From assembly GCA_040756875.1 (NCBI GenBank), contig JBFLYH010000002.1, positions 47,481 through 111,480 of the forward strand: a DNA stretch of 64,000 bases, written 5' to 3'. Below are positions 58,698 to 64,000 of the stretch, in pieces. The position numbers were made by a program, and so were the translations under genes. The notes below the pieces were generated by a model. It was given only the letters and a program-made list of their open reading frames with translations. It did not search any database and was not told where the DNA came from. Each line of letters starts with the position of its first letter. Position 1 is the first letter of the stretch. The DNA is from a candidate division FCPU426 bacterium (GTDB taxonomy: Bacteria; Oederibacteriota; JAAXVQ01; JAUVAV01).

Positions 58698-59421
58698 GGA
58701 CCTTTCCTCCTTTCGCCGCTCCCCAGGGAGCCAGCAGAATGTAGGCGCCGCCACCTGCCAGCAGCAGCGCCGCCGCCCACCGCGACAGCGGGGGCCCTGC
58801 AAAAACCGAGGCCGCCAGTCCGGCCAAAACCAGCAAAATGACCGGCCGTTCGGCCGGGTTGGGATACGGGATCGGGCTGACCGTGAGAAACGTCAAACCC
58901 AGGGCCGCCGCGGCCAGGACCAGCCGGTGTGCCACGCCCACGGTTTCCGGCGGCAGCACCTGCGCCACGGCCGCGATGAAGCCGGCGGTCACGGTCAGCG
59001 GCAGGCCGATGAATCCGCGCCGGGCCCCTCTGGGGTTGAACAGCTTGTACAGGGACAAGCGGATCGTGGCGCCGAACACCACGGCGAACACGGTCAGGAG
59101 CCCCAGCAATCCCCAGCCGCGGAAAGCCAGCTGGTGCAGCAGCAGCGCCGGCACCACGGCGAAGCAAAACACGTCGCCCAGGGTCGAGAATTCATGCTCC
59201 AGGCTGCTGGGTCCCGGCCAATACCGCCGCAGAGCGTACTCCCAGCCGGACACCACCGTCGCGGCCAGCACGAGCCGTCCGGCAAAACCCAGGGCGCCGG
59301 ACAGCACGGCCATAAGCGCCGCGAAAGCGGTGCCGAAAACGACCGCCATGAAGGCATACGGCGCCCACACACGCCAGGAAGGGAGCGGCCGGGGCCGGAT
59401 GCCCCCCTTCACTGCGGCCAC
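58690..59421 (-). CDS. PssA-like CDP-alcohol phosphatidyltransferase homolog with eroded catalytic motif
   Basis: Multi-TM protein; GDVFCFAVVPALL, IRL...FN and FIGLP resemble PssA; it occupies the usual ilvC-pssA-leuA position. Confidence 0.65.
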   Translation of the reverse strand: MAAVKGGIRPRPLPSWRVWAPYAFMAVVFGTAFAALMAVLSGALGFAGRLVLAATVVSGWEYALRRYWPGPSSLEHEFSTLGDVFCFAVVPALLLHQLAFRGWGLLGLLTVFAVVFGATIRLSLYKLFNPRGARRGFIGLPLTVTAGFIAAVAQVLPPETVGVAHRLVLAAAALGLTFLTVSPIPYPNPAERPVILLVLAGLAASVFAGPPLSRWAAALLLAGGGAYILLAPWGAAKGGKVHA

Positions 59422-59470
59422 TGGATGGCTCCCGTAGAAACAGCGGAGGAGTGCGGGGTCTCGGAATGCA

Positions 59471-60466
59471 TTACTTTTTGCCGATCCACCCCATCATGCT
59501 CCGCAGCTTCTTCCCGATCTTCTCGATGGGATGCTCGGCCTCCTGCTTGAGAATGGCGTTGTACATGGGCCGGCCGGCTTTGTTTTCCAGGATCCATTCC
59601 CGCGCGAAAGCCCCGCTCTGGATCTCCTTGAGGATGGTCTTCATTTCGCGCCGCGTCTCGTCGGTGACGATGCGCTTGCCGCGGGTGATGTCGCCGTACT
59701 TGGCGGTCTCCGAAATGCTGGCGCGCATGCCTGCAATGCCGCCTTCGTACATCAGGTCAATGATCAGCTTCAGTTCGTGCAGGCATTCGTAGTAGGCGTT
59801 TTCCGGCTGATATCCGGCTTCCACCAGGGTCTCGTAGCCGGCCTTGACCAGCTCGGTCAGGCCGCCGCACAGCACCACCTGCTCGCCGAACAGGTCGGTC
59901 TCGGTTTCATCCCGGAAGGTGGTTTCCATGACTCCGCCGCGCGTGCAGCCGATGCCCTTGGCGTAGGCCAGCGCCACTTCCAGCGCGTGTCCGCTCGCAT
60001 CCTGCTCCACCGCGACCAGGCCGGGCACGCCGCCGCCCTCGGTGAAGACCCGGCGCACCATATGCCCCGGCCCCTTGGGCGCCACCATGAAGATATCCAC
60101 GTTGGCGGGCGGGACGATCTGGTGGTAATGGATGTTGAACCCGTGGGCAAAGCCCAGGGCGTTGCCTTTCTTGAGGTTGGGGCGGATCGCCTCCTCGTAC
60201 ACCTGCGGCTGCAGCGGATCCGGCACCAGCATCATCATCACGTCCGCGGCCTTGCAGGCCTCGGCCGCGGTCATGACCTTGAGCCCGCTCTTTTCGGCCA
60301 CGGCCCAGGCTTTGGAATCCTTGACCTCGCCCACCACCACGTTGATCTTGGAATCCTTGAGGTTCAGCGCATGGGCGTGCCCCTGGCTGCCGTAGCCCAA
60401 AATGGCGACGGTTTTGTTCTTGATGATCTTCAAATCCGCTTCCTTTTCGAAATACATCTTGGCCAT
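59471..60466 (-). CDS. ilvC: Ketol-acid reductoisomerase
   Basis: [34 protein letters not shown]. Confidence 0.98.
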   Translation of the reverse strand: MAKMYFEKEADLKIIKNKTVAILGYGSQGHAHALNLKDSKINVVVGEVKDSKAWAVAEKSGLKVMTAAEACKAADVMMMLVPDPLQPQVYEEAIRPNLKKGNALGFAHGFNIHYHQIVPPANVDIFMVAPKGPGHMVRRVFTEGGGVPGLVAVEQDASGHALEVALAYAKGIGCTRGGVMETTFRDETETDLFGEQVVLCGGLTELVKAGYETLVEAGYQPENAYYECLHELKLIIDLMYEGGIAGMRASISETAKYGDITRGKRIVTDETRREMKTILKEIQSGAFAREWILENKAGRPMYNAILKQEAEHPIEKIGKKLRSMMGWIGKK

Positions 60467-60489
60467 CTGTGTGTCCCCCTAAGTTTGGA

Positions 60490-60978
60490 TTACCGTTTTT
60501 TCTTCAGCGCCCGGGCGATCGCCACGGTGCCGGTGCGTATCAGCTCGCGGATGCCGAACGGCCGGAGCAGGTCGATGAAGGCGTTCACCTTGTCGTCCGT
60601 TCCGGTGATTTCCAACGTGTAGGTTTTGTCCGACACGTCCACGATCTTGGCCCGGAAAATCTCCGCGAGCTGCAGGATTTCCGAACGCTGCTGGAGCTCG
60701 GCCTGGACTTTGACCAGGGCCAGCTCCCTTTCCAGGTGCACTTCCCCGGTCAGGTCGTACACTTTGATCACGTCGACCAGCTTGTTCAACTGCTTGGTGA
60801 TCTGCTCCAAAATGGCGTCGTCGCCCGTGACCACGATGGTCATGCGCGAGGTCGTAGGGTCCTCGGTTTCGCCGACCGTCAGGCTGCTGATGTTGAATCC
60901 GCGGCCGGAAAACAAGCCGGCCACGCGGGCCAGCACACCGGGCTTGTTTTCTACCAAGACGGACAGAGTGTGGCGCAT
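60490..60978 (-). CDS. ilvN: Acetolactate synthase small subunit
   Basis: MRHTLSVLVENKPGVLARVAGLFSGRGFNISSLTV, KQLNKLVDVIKV. Confidence 0.96.
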   Translation of the reverse strand: MRHTLSVLVENKPGVLARVAGLFSGRGFNISSLTVGETEDPTTSRMTIVVTGDDAILEQITKQLNKLVDVIKVYDLTGEVHLERELALVKVQAELQQRSEILQLAEIFRAKIVDVSDKTYTLEITGTDDKVNAFIDLLRPFGIRELIRTGTVAIARALKKKR

Positions 60979-60999
60979 GGGTTTCTCCTTTTTTGCCTG

Positions 61000-61038
61000 G
61001 TCGGACCTGTCAGACACGTCTGACTTGTCGGACCAGTC
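61000..61038. repeat. Intergenic 9-bp GTCNGACNN tandem array
   Basis: gtcggacct gtcagacac gtctgactt gtcggacca gtc. Confidence 0.8.
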
Positions 61039-61046
61039 AAAATCCT

Positions 61047-62726
61047 TTAAGCCAGTTCACCGAGCATCTCATGAATCGGCGCGCCCGCAGGCACCATGGG
61101 CCAGACATTCTCCTCGCGCTCCACATGGCAGTCCACCAGGACCGGGCCGGGAGTGTCGAACGCCTGCTTCAAGACCGCCTCGACGTCTTCGGGTTTGTTT
61201 ACGCGCAGGCCGGTGGCGCCGAACGCCTCGGCCAGCTTGACGAAATCCACGGAATCCGCGATGTTGGTCGAGGAATAGCGCTTGCCGTGGAACAGTTCCT
61301 GCCACTGCCGCACCATGCCGAGAAAGCCGTTGTTCAGCAGGATGATCTTCACGGGCAGTTTGTTGACCACGGCCGTGGACAGCTCCTGCATGTTCATCTG
61401 AAAGCTGCCGTCGCCCGAGACCACGGCCACCGGCTGTCCGGGCAGGCCCACTTGGGCGCCCAAGGCGGCCGGAAAGCCGTATCCCATGGTGCCCAGCCCG
61501 CCCGAGGAAGCCCATTGGCGCGGACGGTCGAATTTGTAGAATTGCGCGGTCCACATCTGGTGCTGGCCCACGTCCGTGGCCACGAAGAGCTTGGATCCGC
61601 CCACTGCGTACAGCGCTTCGATCACGCGCTGGGGCTTCAGGGCTTTGGCGTTACGGTCATACCCGAGCGGGTATTTTTCCCGCCATTCCTTGATCAGCGG
61701 CCACCACTCGTCGCAGGTCCGGGCCTGGGTTTCGGCCAGCAACCCCTGCAGGCAGCGTTTAGCGTCGCCCACGATCGGCACGTCCACGCTGACCACCTTG
61801 GAAATGCTCGCCGGATCCACGTCCACGTGGATGATCTGTGCGTCCGGCGCGAAGTGCTCCACCCGGCCGGTCACCCGGTCGTCGAAGCGCGCGCCCACGG
61901 CGATGATAAGGTCGCTCTTTTGGATGGCATAATTGGCCGAGCGCGTGCCGTGCATGCCCAGCATGCCCAAAAATTGCGGGTGCGTGCCCGGAAATCCGCC
62001 CAGGCCCATCATGGTCAGGGTCACGGGCGCATTGATTTTCTCGGCCAGCTGCTTCAGCTCGGACGCGGCGTCGGCCAGAATGACGCCGCCGCCCGCGTAG
62101 ATCAGCGGGCGCTTGGCTTCCGCGATCATAGCCGCGGCTTTCTTGATCTGGTTCGGGTGCGGGTCCAGGGTGGGCCGGTAGCTGCGCAACTCCACCTTGT
62201 CCGTAAAATTCGGCACACATTTGGCCGTGGTCACGTCCTTGGGAATGTCCACCAGGACCGGGCCCGGCCGGCCGGTGGAGGCGATGTAAAACGCCTGGGC
62301 GATGACTTCGGCGATGTCCTTCACGTCTTTGATCAGGAAGTTGTGCTTGGTGATGGGCCGGGTGATGCCCGTAATGTCCACTTCCTGGAAGGCGTCGTTC
62401 CCGATCAGGCTGGTTGCCACCTGTCCGGTCAGGGCCACCATGGGGATCGAATCCATGTAGGCCGTGGCGATGCCGGTCACCAGGTTGGTCGCGCCCGGCC
62501 CCGAGGTGGCCAGGCACACGCCCACCTTGCCCGTGGCCCGGGCGAAGCCGTCGGCCATATGGGCCGCGCCCTGCTCGTGCCGGGGCAGGATCACCCGCAG
62601 TTTGGACTGGTACAGCGCATCAAAGATCGGCAGCAACACCCCGCCCGGATAGCCGAAGAGGGCCTCCACCTTCTGCCGCAGCAGGCTTTCCACGAAAATT
62701 TGCGCGCCGGTCATTTCCTGGGACAT
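61047..62726 (-). CDS. ilvB: Acetolactate synthase large subunit
   Basis: FGYPGG, RHEQGAAHMADG, TSGPGATN, GDGSFQMN...NNGFLGMVRQWQ. Confidence 0.97.
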   Translation of the reverse strand: MSQEMTGAQIFVESLLRQKVEALFGYPGGVLLPIFDALYQSKLRVILPRHEQGAAHMADGFARATGKVGVCLATSGPGATNLVTGIATAYMDSIPMVALTGQVATSLIGNDAFQEVDITGITRPITKHNFLIKDVKDIAEVIAQAFYIASTGRPGPVLVDIPKDVTTAKCVPNFTDKVELRSYRPTLDPHPNQIKKAAAMIAEAKRPLIYAGGGVILADAASELKQLAEKINAPVTLTMMGLGGFPGTHPQFLGMLGMHGTRSANYAIQKSDLIIAVGARFDDRVTGRVEHFAPDAQIIHVDVDPASISKVVSVDVPIVGDAKRCLQGLLAETQARTCDEWWPLIKEWREKYPLGYDRNAKALKPQRVIEALYAVGGSKLFVATDVGQHQMWTAQFYKFDRPRQWASSGGLGTMGYGFPAALGAQVGLPGQPVAVVSGDGSFQMNMQELSTAVVNKLPVKIILLNNGFLGMVRQWQELFHGKRYSSTNIADSVDFVKLAEAFGATGLRVNKPEDVEAVLKQAFDTPGPVLVDCHVEREENVWPMVPAGAPIHEMLGELA

Positions 62727-62788
62727 TTCCCCACCGCCTTGTTTCTCGGTTCTCCGCTTTACTTCGTTCGTGCGGCCAGCGGCAGCCG

Positions 62789-64000
62789 CTATTTCAACAC
62801 CGCCCCCGTGCTGCCCGAGGTCACGTGCTGGACATACCGCCCCAGCACGCCCTTGACGGGCTTGGTCGGCTTGACCTTGAGCGAAGCCATGCGCTGGGCC
62901 AGTTCGCTGTCTGAAACCAGCAGGTTCAATTTGAGGTTCGGAATGTCGATCTCAATCTGGTCGCCTTCCTTCACCGCGGCAATCGGCCCGCCGGCCGCGG
63001 CCTCGGGCGAGACGTGGCCGATGGCCGCTCCCTGGGTGCCGCCGGAAAAGCGGCCGTCCGTGATCAAGGCCACGTCCTTGTCCAGGCCCATACCCACGAT
63101 GGAACTGGTCGGAGACAGCATTTCCCTCATGCCCGGCCCGCCTTTCGGGCCTTCGTAGCGGATCACCACCACGTCGCCTTTCTTGATCTTGTTGTTCATG
63201 ATCGCCGCAAAGGCGTCGTCCTCGCTGTCAAACACCCGCGCCCGGCCGGTGTGGCGCATCATCTCCGGCGCCACGGCCGACTGCTTGACCACCGCGCCCT
63301 CCGGCGCAAGGTTGCCGCGCAAAACAGCCAGACCGCCCTGGGGGTGGTAGGGATTGGACAGGGGCCGGATCACGGTCTCGTCCCACACTTTGGCCTGGCG
63401 CAGGTTGCCGGCCACGGTCTGCCCGCTCACGGTGGGCAGCTTGGTGGATATCAGCCCCTTCTCGGCCAGGACCTTCATCACCGCCTGCACGCCGCCGGCC
63501 CGATGCACGTCCACCATGAAGTGGTCGCCCGAGGGGCTGACGCTGCACAAATGCGGCGTCTTGGCTGACATGCGGTTGAATTCCTCCAAATCCAGCTTGA
63601 TGCCGAGCTCATGGGCGATCGCCGGCAAATGCAGGACCGTGTTGGTCGAACCGCCCATGGCCACGTCCACGGCAATGGCGTTGCGGAAAGCTTCCAGCGT
63701 CAGGAGCTTGGAAGGCAGCAGCTGCTTGCGCACCACCTCCATAATGGCAATGCCGGCCTGCTTGGCCAGGCGCGTGCGCTCGGAGGAGACCGCCGGCGCG
63801 GACCCGTTGCCCGGCAGGGCCAGGCCCAGGGCTTCGGACAGGCAGTTCATGGTGTTCGCGGTGAACAAGCCGGCGCAGGACCCGCAGGTCGGGCAGGCCG
63901 CATCCTCCATGGCGCACAGCTCGTCTTCTGAAATTTTGCCGGCATTGGCCTGGGCCATGCTCTCGAACGGGCCCTTGATCAAATCCAGTTTTTTACCGCG
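62789..64000 (-). CDS. ilvD: Dihydroxy-acid dehydratase (5' end outside the window)
   Basis: [46 protein letters not shown]. Confidence 0.97.
   Translation of the reverse strand, partial: RGKKLDLIKGPFESMAQANAGKISEDELCAMEDAACPTCGSCAGLFTANTMNCLSEALGLALPGNGSAPAVSSERTRLAKQAGIAIMEVVRKQLLPSKLLTLEAFRNAIAVDVAMGGSTNTVLHLPAIAHELGIKLDLEEFNRMSAKTPHLCSVSPSGDHFMVDVHRAGGVQAVMKVLAEKGLISTKLPTVSGQTVAGNLRQAKVWDETVIRPLSNPYHPQGGLAVLRGNLAPEGAVVKQSAVAPEMMRHTGRARVFDSEDDAFAAIMNNKIKKGDVVVIRYEGPKGGPGMREMLSPTSSIVGMGLDKDVALITDGRFSGGTQGAAIGHVSPEAAAGGPIAAVKEGDQIEIDIPNLKLNLLVSDSELAQRMASLKVKPTKPVKGVLGRYVQHVTSGSTGAVLK

Noticed and set aside
53477-61038. 9-bp arrays as mini-CRISPR or as N-terminal extensions of asd and ilvN
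   Set aside because: The units are far too short and lack unique spacers. Better starts with RBS lie downstream (53454 and 60978).

Overview
High-GC bacterial chromosomal window in which every credible gene is on the minus strand. The right end (about 50.4-64 kb) is housekeeping: ilvD (partial), ilvB, ilvN, ilvC, pssA-like, leuA, an XRE/cupin regulator, leuC, leuD, leuB, asd, truA and a HIT-family HxHxQ phosphorylase. The left end (under 4.9 kb) holds a PHP-GT4 glycosyltransferase fusion, ppx/gppA and a tmk-like kinase. The central 45 kb is two tandem paralogous giant genes (about 12,400 aa and 2,611 aa). They share a signal-like N-terminus ending in WAF, a roughly 370-aa HIQDLHC...EG...GG(F/Y)H domain, and a C-terminal region ending G-x-A-A-stop, but their middles are largely different. 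The larger protein is a string of mostly cytoplasmic-type domains: two ManC, a DnaJ J-domain, HEAT, GNAT, a protein kinase, four SAM methyltransferases, alpha-glucan phosphorylase, GH57, HAD and HD-GYP. These are separated by repeated protease-like modules, most of them membrane-associated: five CPBP/Rce1-like, four TM-HExxxH...E, and several HExxH or HExxE zincin-like units. Some of these linkers are nearly identical at DNA level. The best candidate novel system is a modular, possibly self-processing multi-enzyme polyprotein built on a conserved chassis. All domain calls come from motif recognition by eye, no searches were run, and internal domain boundaries are approximate. No rRNA, tRNA, CRISPR array or transposase was seen.
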